From contig OY762492.1 of the NCBI GenBank assembly GCA_963665845.2, positions 3,424,001 through 3,488,000 on the forward strand: DNA of 64,000 bases, given 5' to 3'. Source of the stretch: Candidatus Poribacteria bacterium (lineage in GTDB: Bacteria; Poribacteria; WGA-4E; GCA-2687025). Numbering within the stretch: position 1 is the first letter of the stretch; every line of letters starts with the position of its first letter. Positions 1 to 11,821 of the stretch are shown piece after piece. The notes beneath the pieces are model-generated. The model did not search any database. It saw nothing but the letters and a program-made list of their open reading frames with translations, and was not told the DNA's origin. A program made the position numbers and the translations under genes.

Positions 1-2292
<2,292 letters not shown>

Positions 2293-2317
2293 ATCATCCG
2301 CTCCTTTGCTCATCCAT

Positions 2318-2599
2318 CTACAATGTTAACGCCAACTCGCGCAACGCGCTCAAGGCGCGCCTTGTCTTTAATGAGTCCGCCGCCGCGTCCAGACGCAGCG
2401 CGCGGCTCAAGTTCTTCCCGGTCAAACCGCGCTCCATGCATGCCGCCTCTGCGCACACATAAGCGCCGCGCCCGCCGCCGGTTCCCGACGCATCCAGAAA
2501 CGGAACGCCCGACCCCGAACGACCGACGCGAACCAGACGGCTCTTCTCAAAACGCCCCCGGCAACCGAGGCACATGCGCGTCGGAAAACGGCGGGTCAA
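2318..2599 (-). CDS. ylxR: YlxR/RnpM (DUF448) family RNA-binding protein
   Basis: PTRMCLGCR...LVRV...GRGAYVC motif; canonical position between nusA and infB. Confidence 0.9.
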   Translation of the reverse strand: MTRRFPTRMCLGCRGRFEKSRLVRVGRSGSGVPFLDASGTGGGRGAYVCAEAACMERGLTGKNLSRALRLDAAADSLKTRRALSALRELALTL

Positions 2600-3960
2600 G
2601 GCGACTCCTCCGCGTTCAACGCCAAACGCGCCGTTTCAACCATCTTCTCCGTCGTCTTCACGCCGAGCTTCAACAGTTCCGACAGCCGTTCAGGGTCCGC
2701 CTCCGCCAGATCCGCAATCGAGTCGTAACCATGCTCCTTCAACATCTGCGCGATCTTCGGCGCCATGCCGGGCAGCTCCTCCACCGAAAGACCGGTCGGC
2801 GGTTCTGCGGGCGCGCTTTCTGCCGTTTCCGCTTCCTCCGCCTCCTCCTCGTCCGATTTGAACAGGTCGATTGCTTGCGAACGCGCCTCCGCCCCCGCTT
2901 CCCATTCGCCGACGATGTCGATATGCCAACCGGTGAGGTCGCTGGCGAGGCGCGCGTTCTGTCCGCGCCGTCCAATCGCCAGCGACAGCTGATCGTCCGG
3001 CACCACCACAATCGCGACAGGCTCCCCGTTCTCATCCTCCTCCAGCGTCACGTTGGTGATGTCCTTAACGGGGCTAAGCGCGTTCGCAATGAATCGGCGC
3101 GGGTCTGGATCCCACTCGATCACATCGATGCGTTCGCCGTTCAGCTCCTGCATGACCATCTGAACGCGGGAGCCGCGCACGCCGACGCATGTGCCGACCG
3201 GGTCGATTCCGCTTTCGCGGCTGGACGCGGCGATCTTGGAGCGTTCGCCAGGGTCGCGCGCGACCGCTTCCACCAGCACCAGTCCGTCCGCAATCTCCGG
3301 CACCTCCTGCTCAAACAGCCGTATCAGCAGCACCGGATGGGCGCGGGACAGCACGACCGACGCTCTTGGGCGCCGCCCCTGCCGCTCCATGTCCTCTGGA
3401 TCGACCACATCGACGATGAGAGAGCGGATGCGGTTGCCGCGCTCATAACGTTCATTGCGCAGCCGTTCCGCCGCCGGAAGAACCGCCTCGGCGCCTTCGA
3501 TTTCAACAATCACATCGCGGTAATGCTCCTGCTGAACGACGCCGGAGACGATCTCTTCGATGCGGTCTTTGTAAAGCGCATACACATTGGCGCGTTCGGC
3601 GTCTTTGATTTTTTGAACAAGCATTTGCCGCGCCAGCTGCGCCTCAATGCGCCCAAAGTCGCGCGTTTTGACGGGAACCTGTATGACCTGTCCGACGCGC
3701 GCTTCAGGGTCTATTTTTTGCGCTTCGTCAACCGGTATTTCGGAGGCGAAGGAGCGCATGATCTCCACGACGCGCTTCGGGGCGGACATGCGTATTTCGC
3801 CGGTGGAGTCGTTGAACTGCACGCTTACGGAGGCTTCCGCGCCAAACCGCCGGCGCGCCGCCTGAAGCAGCGCTTCCTCAATCGCCTCCACAAGGATATT
3901 TTTCGGCAACCCTTTTTGACTCAATATCTGCTGCATGCTTTGAAGCAGGCTCTGGTTCAT
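2596..3960 (-). CDS. nusA: Transcription termination/antitermination factor NusA with C-terminal HhH extension
   Basis: FGRIEAQLARQ, LFEQEVPEIADG, ARDPGERSKIA, GTCVGVRGSRV, LSLAIGRRGQNARLA. Start taken as ATG 3960. Confidence 0.97.
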   Translation of the reverse strand: MNQSLLQSMQQILSQKGLPKNILVEAIEEALLQAARRRFGAEASVSVQFNDSTGEIRMSAPKRVVEIMRSFASEIPVDEAQKIDPEARVGQVIQVPVKTRDFGRIEAQLARQMLVQKIKDAERANVYALYKDRIEEIVSGVVQQEHYRDVIVEIEGAEAVLPAAERLRNERYERGNRIRSLIVDVVDPEDMERQGRRPRASVVLSRAHPVLLIRLFEQEVPEIADGLVLVEAVARDPGERSKIAASSRESGIDPVGTCVGVRGSRVQMVMQELNGERIDVIEWDPDPRRFIANALSPVKDITNVTLEEDENGEPVAIVVVPDDQLSLAIGRRGQNARLASDLTGWHIDIVGEWEAGAEARSQAIDLFKSDEEEAEEAETAESAPAEPPTGLSVEELPGMAPKIAQMLKEHGYDSIADLAEADPERLSELLKLGVKTTEKMVETARLALNAEESP

Positions 3961-4177
3961 CGCTCTTGACCTCACTCTTAACGCCTATGCCGCGGCGTAC
4001 GGCAAAATACAGCCGTTAGGGCGCGCCGTTTTGACGCAGACCTACTCCGCGCTGCCTTTTACATGTTAACGCAAATCGGCGGCGGCGCCAAGCAAACAAC
4101 CAACCAACATGCCTTTAATTCGCTAAAACGCTATCATAAGAGCGGAAAAAGACGCCGCGGAACATGAAAGGACGCCC

Positions 4178-5251
4178 ATGAGCGAACAGAAACGGCTACT
4201 CACCGGCGACCGGCCGACAGGGAAAATGCATCTCGGACATTATGTCGGGTCGCTCGAAAACAGGGTACGGCTTCAGGATCAATACGAATGCTACATCTTC
4301 GTCGCCGACCTGCACATGCTCACCACCAAGCCGCAGAAGGAGCATATCGACGCCTTGCGCGACAATGTGCGGGAGGTTGTCCTTGGGAACCTAAGCGCAG
4401 GGCTTGATCCTGAACGAATCACATTTTATCTGCAGTCGGCGATCCGCCCCGTTTATGAGATGAACCTGATCTTCGAAATGCTGGTAACCTTGCCGCGCCT
4501 GACGAGACTGCCGAGCATCAAGGACATGGCGCAAGGCGCGCAGATCGATGAGGAGGCGGTTCCGTTCGGGCTGATCGGATACCCGGTGCTGCAGGCGGCG
4601 GACATCCTCATGCCGAGGGCGCATATCGTTCCGGTCGGGCAGGACAACAAGGCGCATGTGGAGATCACGCGCGAAATCGCCCGGCGGTTCAACCGTTACT
4701 ACGGCGACGTGTTTCCGATACCGGAAGCGATGATCGGCGACGTTCCAACGCTGGTCGGCATCGACGGACATGCGAAAATGAGCAAGAGCCGCGGCAACGC
4801 GATCTATCTGAACGACGATCCGAAGACCGTTGAAAAGAAGGTGCGCGGAATGTTCACCGACCCGAACCGCATCCGCGCCGACATCCCAGGGCGCGTTGAG
4901 GGAAACCCTGTCTTCATCTTCCATGACGCCTTCAACCCGAACCGCGAAGAGGTGGACGACCTGAAGCGGCGCTACCGCGAAGGGAAAGTGGGCGATGTGG
5001 AGGTGAAGCAGAAGCTGACGATCGCCGTCAACAACTTCCTCGACCCGATACGGGAGCGGCGGCGGCGGTATGAAGAGGACAAGGGGTATGTGGAACATCT
5101 GCTGTATGAAGGCTCGCGCAAGATGACCATTTTTGCGGAAGAGACGGCGTCGCAGATGCGAAAGGCGATGGGGTTGGCGGGCGTATGGAACCGCATCTCC
5201 CGCCGGGCGCGCGACCGCGAGAAACGGCTGGCGCGGCAAAACGAAGCGTAA
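4178..5251 (+). CDS. trpS: Tryptophan--tRNA ligase
   Basis: [17 protein letters not shown] (HIGH-like), [23 protein letters not shown]. Confidence 0.97.
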   Translation: MSEQKRLLTGDRPTGKMHLGHYVGSLENRVRLQDQYECYIFVADLHMLTTKPQKEHIDALRDNVREVVLGNLSAGLDPERITFYLQSAIRPVYEMNLIFEMLVTLPRLTRLPSIKDMAQGAQIDEEAVPFGLIGYPVLQAADILMPRAHIVPVGQDNKAHVEITREIARRFNRYYGDVFPIPEAMIGDVPTLVGIDGHAKMSKSRGNAIYLNDDPKTVEKKVRGMFTDPNRIRADIPGRVEGNPVFIFHDAFNPNREEVDDLKRRYREGKVGDVEVKQKLTIAVNNFLDPIRERRRRYEEDKGYVEHLLYEGSRKMTIFAEETASQMRKAMGLAGVWNRISRRARDREKRLARQNEA

Positions 5252-5293
5252 ATTGAAAAGATCGCGGCGTTTGCTTCGTTAATAGCGGTAAAG

Positions 5294-5449
5294 GCGACCA
5301 TGAGGCTTAAGTTGGAACCGTTGACGAACGTGGTTTTCTATTTACGGAAAAGGTTTTGCCAACCAAATCGTCATTCCCGCGCAAGCGGGAATCCAGAGGC
5401 GTCGCAGAAACCGTCCGCCGACATGTCCCAACTAAAGCCGTAAGGTCAG
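5294..5449. mobile_element. MITE-like repeat (CTGACC...GGTCAG end family) containing an ATTCCC-N8-GGGAAT hairpin
   Basis: Degenerate left end gaccatgaggcttaagttggaac and right end tgtcccaactaaagccgtaaggtcag match the ends of 47980-48202; hairpin attcccgcgcaagcgggaat at 5373-5392. Confidence 0.7.
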
Positions 5450-5480
5450 CTAGAAACGTTGAAAGGACGGCGCCGTTCAG

Positions 5481-6347
5481 ATGAAGACGCATTCGCTTGG
5501 CAAAATGTTCCATGGCGCAGAGCCGATCGTCGCCTGCGAAGACAACATGGCGTTCATGGAGAAGCTGGGCGATGAGACGATGTCGCTTATAGTTACCTCG
5601 CCGCCGTATAATCTCGGCAAGGCGTACGAGGGTCGCCGCTCGTCGCTGGAGGAGTGGCTTGAAGGTCAAAAGCGGGTCGTTGCCGAATGCGTTCGTCTTT
5701 TGCGGACGGACGGCTCCATCTGCTGGCAGGTCGGCAACTGCGTTGAAAAAGGCGCCGTCATCCCGCTGGACGCGCTGCTGTACCCTGTCTTTTTGGAGTT
5801 CGGGTTGAAGCTGCGCAACCGCATCGTCTGGCATTTTGGGCATGGGCTGCATTGTTCGCGCCGGCTGTCGGGGCGGTATGAAACGATCAACTGGTGGACG
5901 AAAACGGACGATTACGTGTGGAACTTAGACCCGATTCGCGTCCCGTCCAAATACCCTAACAAGCGGCATTTCAAAGGACCGAAGATCGGGCAGCTTTCAG
6001 GAAATCCAAAAGGGAAAAACCCAAGCGACGTTTGGGAGATACCGAATGTCAAAAGCAACCATCCTGAAAAAACGAATCATCCGTGCCAGTTTCCGGTGGA
6101 GCTGGCGGAGCGGCTGGTCTTGTCGATGACGAATGAGGACGGCGCCGTGTTCGATCCGTATATGGGCGTCGGGTCGACAATCATCGCGGCGCTGAAACAT
6201 GGGCGCATGGCGTACGGGTGCGACATCGTCCCCGAATATGTGGAGACGGCGCGGGAACGCATCGCCCAATATTACGCGGGGACGTTGAAAACGAGACCGA
6301 TGGGGAAACCGATTTACGACCCGACGAAGCCGAAAGGCGGGCATTAA
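5481..6347 (+). CDS. Beta-class N4/N6 DNA methyltransferase of a type II R-M pair
   Basis: VTSPPYN catalytic motif precedes HPCQFP...VFDPYMGVGST SAM-binding motif; SPPY suggests N4-cytosine specificity. Confidence 0.92.
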   Translation: MKTHSLGKMFHGAEPIVACEDNMAFMEKLGDETMSLIVTSPPYNLGKAYEGRRSSLEEWLEGQKRVVAECVRLLRTDGSICWQVGNCVEKGAVIPLDALLYPVFLEFGLKLRNRIVWHFGHGLHCSRRLSGRYETINWWTKTDDYVWNLDPIRVPSKYPNKRHFKGPKIGQLSGNPKGKNPSDVWEIPNVKSNHPEKTNHPCQFPVELAERLVLSMTNEDGAVFDPYMGVGSTIIAALKHGRMAYGCDIVPEYVETARERIAQYYAGTLKTRPMGKPIYDPTKPKGGH

Positions 6348-6958
6348 TGAAAATCGGGGCGTCTTATTCTCATCTGAACGGCGTCGAATATCTTCTTGTT
6401 CACCACGAGGATTTGTGGAAAGAGGTACTGGCTGTGATTGCCGATGTGGACGCATCCGCCTGTCGAACTAAAATCTCTAAAGAAAAAACGATGAAGGGCA
6501 AATTGCTGTATTCGCCTGAAGACATGAACGCGGCTTTCAAACAGGGTTTTGTTTCTAAAGGATGGAAGCAGCGCAGAAACACGTTCTGGGTTACGGCAGA
6601 CGAAAAACTCATGCGGGGAGTCTACAGCCTTCCGCCGGAAGAGCAGAAGCGCGCCATTATAGAGGCCGGACATGATCCGATTATGTCCTATAACCAAACC
6701 GATTTTGTCAAAGACCGCGTCGCCATCGAAGTTCAATTTGGGAAATACGCTTTTGTAGCGCACGATCTTTTTGTAAAACATTTGAGTTTTTATGTGTCCG
6801 ACATGATTGATGTCGGCATCGAAATTCTGCCAATGAAAGAGCTGGAGCGGGAAATGTCCTCAGGGGTGCCTTATTACGAAAGAGACCTGTTGAATGTGTT
6901 GCGTCAAGGCCGCGGAGTTCCTGCGGTGCCGTTGGTTCTTATTGGAGTGACGCCTTAA
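6347..6958 (+). CDS. BglII/BstYI-family type II restriction endonuclease
   Basis: TAATG coupling to the MTase; MKIGASYSHLNG..., NQTDFVKDRVAIEVQFGKY (BglII-like D...EVQ), IDVGIEILPMK. Lower GC than neighbours. Confidence 0.85.
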   Translation: MKIGASYSHLNGVEYLLVHHEDLWKEVLAVIADVDASACRTKISKEKTMKGKLLYSPEDMNAAFKQGFVSKGWKQRRNTFWVTADEKLMRGVYSLPPEEQKRAIIEAGHDPIMSYNQTDFVKDRVAIEVQFGKYAFVAHDLFVKHLSFYVSDMIDVGIEILPMKELEREMSSGVPYYERDLLNVLRQGRGVPAVPLVLIGVTP

Positions 6959-6998
6959 ACATGAAACGTCTGAATCGAGCGGAGGAAAAGAGAGCCGC

Positions 6999-7547
6999 AT
7001 GCTTGACCTAAACGCCCCCGGCCGCCTGTTCCATTTCAGCGGCGATCCGCGCATACGAATCTTCAACCCCAGGGAGAGCCATCGGACGCCGAAGCCCGCC
7101 GTCTGGGCGATCCATGAGCCGTATGCGTACCAGTATTTGTTTCCGCGCGGCTGCCCCCGCGTCACATACTGCGCGAACGCCTTGAGCGACCTCGCAGACA
7201 TAGAGCTGCATCTGAGCGGCGGAGAGGCGCCGGCGGTCGTCGCGTTTGAAACGGCATGGCTGGAGCGCATGCTGTCCGCGCGGCTGTATCGATATGAGCT
7301 GCCGTCCGAAACCTTTATCCCGCAAGACACATACGAAGGCTCCGTCACGGCGCGCGCCCTCGTTTCGTATGAGGCGGTAGAGCCTGTCGGCGTTGAGCCG
7401 ATGGAGAATCTGCTGGGGCGCCTGGGTCGGCTGGGCGTGGAGGCGCGGATGGTGCCGTCGCTGTGGAATCTGCGCGACCGCATACTCGCCTCGTCGCTTC
7501 CGTTTTCGTTTATACGCATGGGCAACGCAAAGCCGAGAGAGACATGA
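6999..7547 (+). CDS. Conserved hypothetical protein (DUF6886-like)
   Basis: LFHFSGDPRIRIFNPR...VWAI...YLFPRGCPRV...SFIRMGNA; good RBS; ATGA overlap with scpA. Confidence 0.65.
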   Translation: MLDLNAPGRLFHFSGDPRIRIFNPRESHRTPKPAVWAIHEPYAYQYLFPRGCPRVTYCANALSDLADIELHLSGGEAPAVVAFETAWLERMLSARLYRYELPSETFIPQDTYEGSVTARALVSYEAVEPVGVEPMENLLGRLGRLGVEARMVPSLWNLRDRILASSLPFSFIRMGNAKPRET

Positions 7548-8359
7548 CCGCTCAACCGCAAAGCGCCAAGCTGGAAATCCGCGCGCCGCAGTTTCAGGGA
7601 CCGCTGGACCTGCTCCTGCTGCTCATTCAGAAGCGGGAGGTGGAGATTGAGGACCTGCCGATTGCGGACATCGCGGATCAGTATCTGAACTATCTGGACC
7701 TGATGCAGTCGCTCGACATCGACATCGCGTCCGAGTATCTTGTGATGGCGTCCACGCTGCTTTTTTTGAAGTCGCAGAGCGTCCTGCCGTCCGCGAATCA
7801 AGCGGCCGCCGAAAAGCATCCTGAAGCGCAGGAGCTGCTGCGCCAGCTGATACAGTATAAGCGTTTCAAAGAGGCGGCGCAGTATCTTGAAAAGGAGGAG
7901 AATCGACGGGCGAACGCGTTCACCCGTCCGCCCGATCCCGGCTATGAGCAGGGCGCCTCGAAGGAGTATCGTCTGCATGCCACCTTGTTTGATTTGATGG
8001 CGGCGTTTCAGCGGACGGTTGACCATCAAGCCGCGTTTGAGTTTTACGACGACTTCCAGGACGAACCGCTTGAAGAGGAAGCGGCGACCGTTGAAGAGAA
8101 GATATACGAGATACTGGATCGGCTGGAAGCGGAGGGCGCGTTGGAATTCGCCCAGCTGTTTTTGCCGCATATCGGCAAGCTTGAGCTGGTGTGCGTCTTT
8201 TTGGCGGTTCTGGAGCTGGCGCGCATGCAGCAGATCTTGGCGACGCAGGAGGAGCCGCTTGGACCGATACAGATAGAGTTGATACCCGACCGACCCGAAC
8301 TGCATACCTTTGAATTGAGCCGATATGATGACCAGCGACAGCCCCATAGTATCGATTGA
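7544..8359 (+). CDS. scpA: Segregation/condensation protein A (kleisin)
   Basis: FQGPLDLLLLLI, ASEYLVMASTLLFLKS, FLAVLELAR; followed by scpB. Confidence 0.93.
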   Translation: MTAQPQSAKLEIRAPQFQGPLDLLLLLIQKREVEIEDLPIADIADQYLNYLDLMQSLDIDIASEYLVMASTLLFLKSQSVLPSANQAAAEKHPEAQELLRQLIQYKRFKEAAQYLEKEENRRANAFTRPPDPGYEQGASKEYRLHATLFDLMAAFQRTVDHQAAFEFYDDFQDEPLEEEAATVEEKIYEILDRLEAEGALEFAQLFLPHIGKLELVCVFLAVLELARMQQILATQEEPLGPIQIELIPDRPELHTFELSRYDDQRQPHSID

Positions 8360-9014
8360 ACAGGTCGACGCCCCTGACGCGGAGGAGACGCCGTCCATCG
8401 CGGTCGAAAACGATTCCGCCGGCGCGGAGCAGGAGAGCGCGGAAGTTGATCTGGAGCGTTCCAAACGCATTATTGAGGCGGTTCTGTTTGCGGCGGGGAA
8501 ACCTTTGCGCGCGCGGCAGATTGCGGACGCGGTGGAGAGCGTGGACGCGCGCGCTGTCCGCCGCCTGTTGAAACAGCTCGCGTTTGAATATGATGAAGCG
8601 GAGCGCGGGTTCCAGATTATTGAGGTGCAGAACGGCTTTCAGCTGACCGCGCGGGAGGCGTACGCGCCGTGGGTGCGCCGCCTCTTCACAAAGGAGGTGT
8701 CGGCGAAGTTGACGCCGGCGGCGCTGGAGGCGCTTGCCATCGTCGCCTACCGGCAGCCGGTCACGCGGGCGGATGTGGACGAGATTCGCGGCGTCAACAG
8801 CGGCAGCGTCATGAGTTCGCTCATTGAGCGCAATCTCATCAACATAACAGGGCGAAAAGACGCGCCTGGACGTCCGTTTTTACATGGCACCACCGACCGC
8901 TTTCTAGAGCATTTCGGTTTAAAAAATCTGAACGATCTGCCGACGCTGGAGGAGATTGGGGAGATGTTCAACCCGTTGGCAGAAGACGATGCGGTTGCCG
9001 ATGCGTCTAGATAA
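8325..9014 (+). CDS. scpB: Segregation/condensation protein B
   Basis: IIEAVLFA, ALEALAIVAYRQPVTRADVDEIRGVNS, PGRPFLHGTTDRFLEHFGLKNLNDLP. Confidence 0.96.
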   Translation: MMTSDSPIVSIEQVDAPDAEETPSIAVENDSAGAEQESAEVDLERSKRIIEAVLFAAGKPLRARQIADAVESVDARAVRRLLKQLAFEYDEAERGFQIIEVQNGFQLTAREAYAPWVRRLFTKEVSAKLTPAALEALAIVAYRQPVTRADVDEIRGVNSGSVMSSLIERNLINITGRKDAPGRPFLHGTTDRFLEHFGLKNLNDLPTLEEIGEMFNPLAEDDAVADASR

Positions 9015-9720
9015 GTATCTCGCCGCCGCAGGCTCCGCCTCCCGCCGAAAAGCGAAGGCGCTGATTGCCGACGGGCGCGTCGCAGTCAACGGCGTGACGG
9101 TTCTGGAACCGGGCGCGCGCGTGAACGAAAAGACGGACCGCGTCGCCGTCGACAACCGCCCTATCGACTCGATGCCGCCGCCTGTCTGCCTCATGCTCCA
9201 TAAGCCGCGCGGCTATCTCACTACGGCGCGCGATCCGCAGGGGCGGCTGACCGTGTACGACCTGCTGACCGATCTGAAGGAGCGGGTCGCTTACGCGGGC
9301 AGGCTGGACATGGACGCAAGCGGGCTTCTGATCATGACAAACGACGGCGAGCTGACCTTCCGTCTGACGCATCCGCGCTTCGGCGTTCAAAAAATCTACG
9401 AGGCGGAGACCGCCGCCCAGGCGTCCGACGCGCAGCTGCGCCGTCTCACAGAGGGCGTTCTCCTGGAGGATGGACCCGCCAAAGCGGACAGCGCGGAATG
9501 GATCCAACGGCGGCGCGGGAAAAGCGTCTTTCGCCTCGCGCTCCATGACGGGCGCAAGCGTCAAGTGAAACGCATGTGCAGGGCGGTCAAGATGCCGGTT
9601 AAACGGCTGGCGCGCGTCGCCTATGGACCGCTGCGCCTCGGCGGGCTGCCTGTCGGGAAGTATCGGCGGCTGACCGGCGACGAAGAACGGAGGCTGCGCG
9701 AATGCGTCCAGTTGACCTAA
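9001..9720 (+). CDS. rluB: rRNA pseudouridine synthase, RsuA/RluB family
   Basis: S4 domain MRLDKYLAAAGSASRRKA, HKPRGY, GRLDMDASGLLIMTNDG, GRKRQVKRM; follows scpB. Confidence 0.88.
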   Translation: MRLDKYLAAAGSASRRKAKALIADGRVAVNGVTVLEPGARVNEKTDRVAVDNRPIDSMPPPVCLMLHKPRGYLTTARDPQGRLTVYDLLTDLKERVAYAGRLDMDASGLLIMTNDGELTFRLTHPRFGVQKIYEAETAAQASDAQLRRLTEGVLLEDGPAKADSAEWIQRRRGKSVFRLALHDGRKRQVKRMCRAVKMPVKRLARVAYGPLRLGGLPVGKYRRLTGDEERRLRECVQLT

Positions 9721-10394
9721 GCCGAATAGACGCGGTTCTGTTTGACCTGGACGGGCTGCTGGTCGACACGGAGCCGATACAGATGGCGGCGTTTCAGGCG
9801 GCGGCGCGGCGTTTCGGCGCGGACGCGGAGACGGTAGAGCGCGAGATGACCGACGCGCTGCATGCGCAGTTTGTCGGCAAATCGGACGCCTTGAACGCCG
9901 AGCGGTTGATCAAAATGCTCCGCCTGAACGCCGCGCCTGACCGATTCGTCCGCGAGCGCGGCGATATTTATGTGGAGCTGTTGAAACGCGGCGCGCCGCT
10001 CATGCCGGGCGCGCGGGAGGCGATCCGATGGGCGCAGGGGCGCGGGATGAAATTGGCGGTCGGCTCCAGTTCGGTCCGCCGTTTTGTGGAGGCGTCGCTC
10101 AACGGCGCGCTGCCGGACTGGCGCGTTGTTTTCGGCGCCGTTGTGTGCGGCGACGACGCGCCTATTCAGGCGCGCAAACCGGCGCCGGACATCTATCTGC
10201 GCTGCGCCGAGCTGCTGGAGGTTTCGCCCGCCCGGTGCGCCGTCTTGGAAGATTCGGAGTCGGGGGTGGAAAGCGCCGCGCGGGGCGGAATCGGGTTCAT
10301 CGGCGCCGTTCCGAACGCCTTCACCCAGAACCATGATTTCACAAAAGCGCGCCGCATCATGAAATCTCTGGCGGAATTGGGTATCATGGGCTGA
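9702..10394 (+). CDS. HAD-family phosphatase (beta-PGM/CbbY-like)
   Basis: FDLDGLLVDTE, KPAPDIY, LEDSESG. Confidence 0.9.
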   Translation: MRPVDLSRIDAVLFDLDGLLVDTEPIQMAAFQAAARRFGADAETVEREMTDALHAQFVGKSDALNAERLIKMLRLNAAPDRFVRERGDIYVELLKRGAPLMPGAREAIRWAQGRGMKLAVGSSSVRRFVEASLNGALPDWRVVFGAVVCGDDAPIQARKPAPDIYLRCAELLEVSPARCAVLEDSESGVESAARGGIGFIGAVPNAFTQNHDFTKARRIMKSLAELGIMG

Positions 10395-10426
10395 ACTCTC
10401 GGCAAAGCCGAAAGGAAGGAGAGAGC

Positions 10427-11821
10427 GTGCCAATCACGCGGCGGGATTTTTTACAGACGATGGCTGCTGGCGCCGCGTCGGCCGCCGCCCTCTCATGCGC
10501 CACTCGGAGAACCGATATGCAAGACGACTCAACAACGAAAAAGCCGAACATCATCTTCATACTTGCGGACGACCTCGGATACGGCGACCTCGGCTGCTAC
10601 GGGCAGACGCGAATCAAAACGCCGCGCCTTGACCAGTTTGCCGCTGAAGGCATGCGTTTCACCGACGCCTACGCCGGAAGCACCGTCTGCGCGCCCTCGC
10701 GCTGCTGCCTCATGACAGGCATGCATACGGGTCATGCGTGGGTGAGAGGCAACGCGCGCATCCCGCTTCGACCCGAAGATCAGACCGCCGCCGAGACGCT
10801 CAAAGAGCAAGGTTACCGAACCGCCATCGTCGGCAAATGGGGGCTGGGCGAACCGGACACAACAGGCATTCCGAACCGCCAAGGGTTCGACTACTGGTTC
10901 GGCTACCTAAACCAGCGGCATGCGCACGACTACTACCCCGACTATCTCTGGCGGAACGAGGAGCGCGTGACGCTGGAAGGCAACCTTGAAAAGCCTGGGA
11001 CGCAGTACACGCATGACATGTTCACCGAGGAGGCGCTGCAGTTTGTTGAAGAAAGCGCGGACGACCCGTTCTTTCTCTACCTCGCCTACACGATTCCGCA
11101 TGCGAACAATGAGCTGGGGCGGGAGACCGGCAACGGCATGGAGGTTCCGTCCGACGAGCCGTACACGGATGAGGATTGGCCTCAGGTTGAAAAAGACACT
11201 GCCGCCATGATCACGCGCATGGACAGAGATGTCGGGCGTCTCATCGACAAGCTCCAGGAGCTGGGCATTGACGAAAACACATGCGTCATCTTCACCAGCG
11301 ACAACGGACCGCACTCTGAAGGCGGGCATCGTTCCGATTACTTTGAAAGTTCAGGTCCTTTGCGCGGGATGAAGCGCGATCTGTACGAAGGCGGCATACG
11401 GGTTCCGACGTTGGCGCGTTGGCCGGGCGTTGTCGCGCCTGGGTCGGTCAGCGCGGTTCCGTGGGCGTTTTGGGATTTCCCCGCCACTGCCGCCGAGATC
11501 GCGGGAACGGCGTTCAACCCAGACGCGGACGGCGTCTCCATTCTGCCGGCGCTGAAAGGCGCGGAGTCGCTGGATCGAGAGTATCTGTACTGGGAATTTT
11601 ATGAGCGCGGATTCTCCCAAGCCGTCCGAATGGGAAAATGGAAAGCGGTCAAGCAGAAAAAAGGCGGCGAACGCAACATGGAGCTGTACGACCTGGACAG
11701 CGACATCGGCGAGGCGAACGACATCGCCGCCGACCATCCCGACATCGCGGCGCGCATGCAGAACATCATGACCGAATCGCGCTTTGACAACGAAAACTAC
11801 AAAGCGCCTGAAGACGCATGA
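10427..11821 (+). CDS. Tat-exported arylsulfatase (formylglycine-dependent)
   Basis: TRRDFL twin-arginine signal, PNIIFILADDLGYGD, CAPSR sulfatase motif, GKWGLG, FTSDNG. Confidence 0.95.
   Translation: MPITRRDFLQTMAAGAASAAALSCATRRTDMQDDSTTKKPNIIFILADDLGYGDLGCYGQTRIKTPRLDQFAAEGMRFTDAYAGSTVCAPSRCCLMTGMHTGHAWVRGNARIPLRPEDQTAAETLKEQGYRTAIVGKWGLGEPDTTGIPNRQGFDYWFGYLNQRHAHDYYPDYLWRNEERVTLEGNLEKPGTQYTHDMFTEEALQFVEESADDPFFLYLAYTIPHANNELGRETGNGMEVPSDEPYTDEDWPQVEKDTAAMITRMDRDVGRLIDKLQELGIDENTCVIFTSDNGPHSEGGHRSDYFESSGPLRGMKRDLYEGGIRVPTLARWPGVVAPGSVSAVPWAFWDFPATAAEIAGTAFNPDADGVSILPALKGAESLDREYLYWEFYERGFSQAVRMGKWKAVKQKKGGERNMELYDLDSDIGEANDIAADHPDIAARMQNIMTESRFDNENYKAPEDA

Noticed and set aside
3961-4177. 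rimP missing upstream of nusA (and nadD missing after proA)
   Set aside because: Ordinary operon rearrangement; the genes may lie elsewhere and this cannot be judged from one window.
6860-8470. 536-aa minus-strand ORF
   Set aside because: Antisense to the DUF6886-like gene, scpA and scpB.
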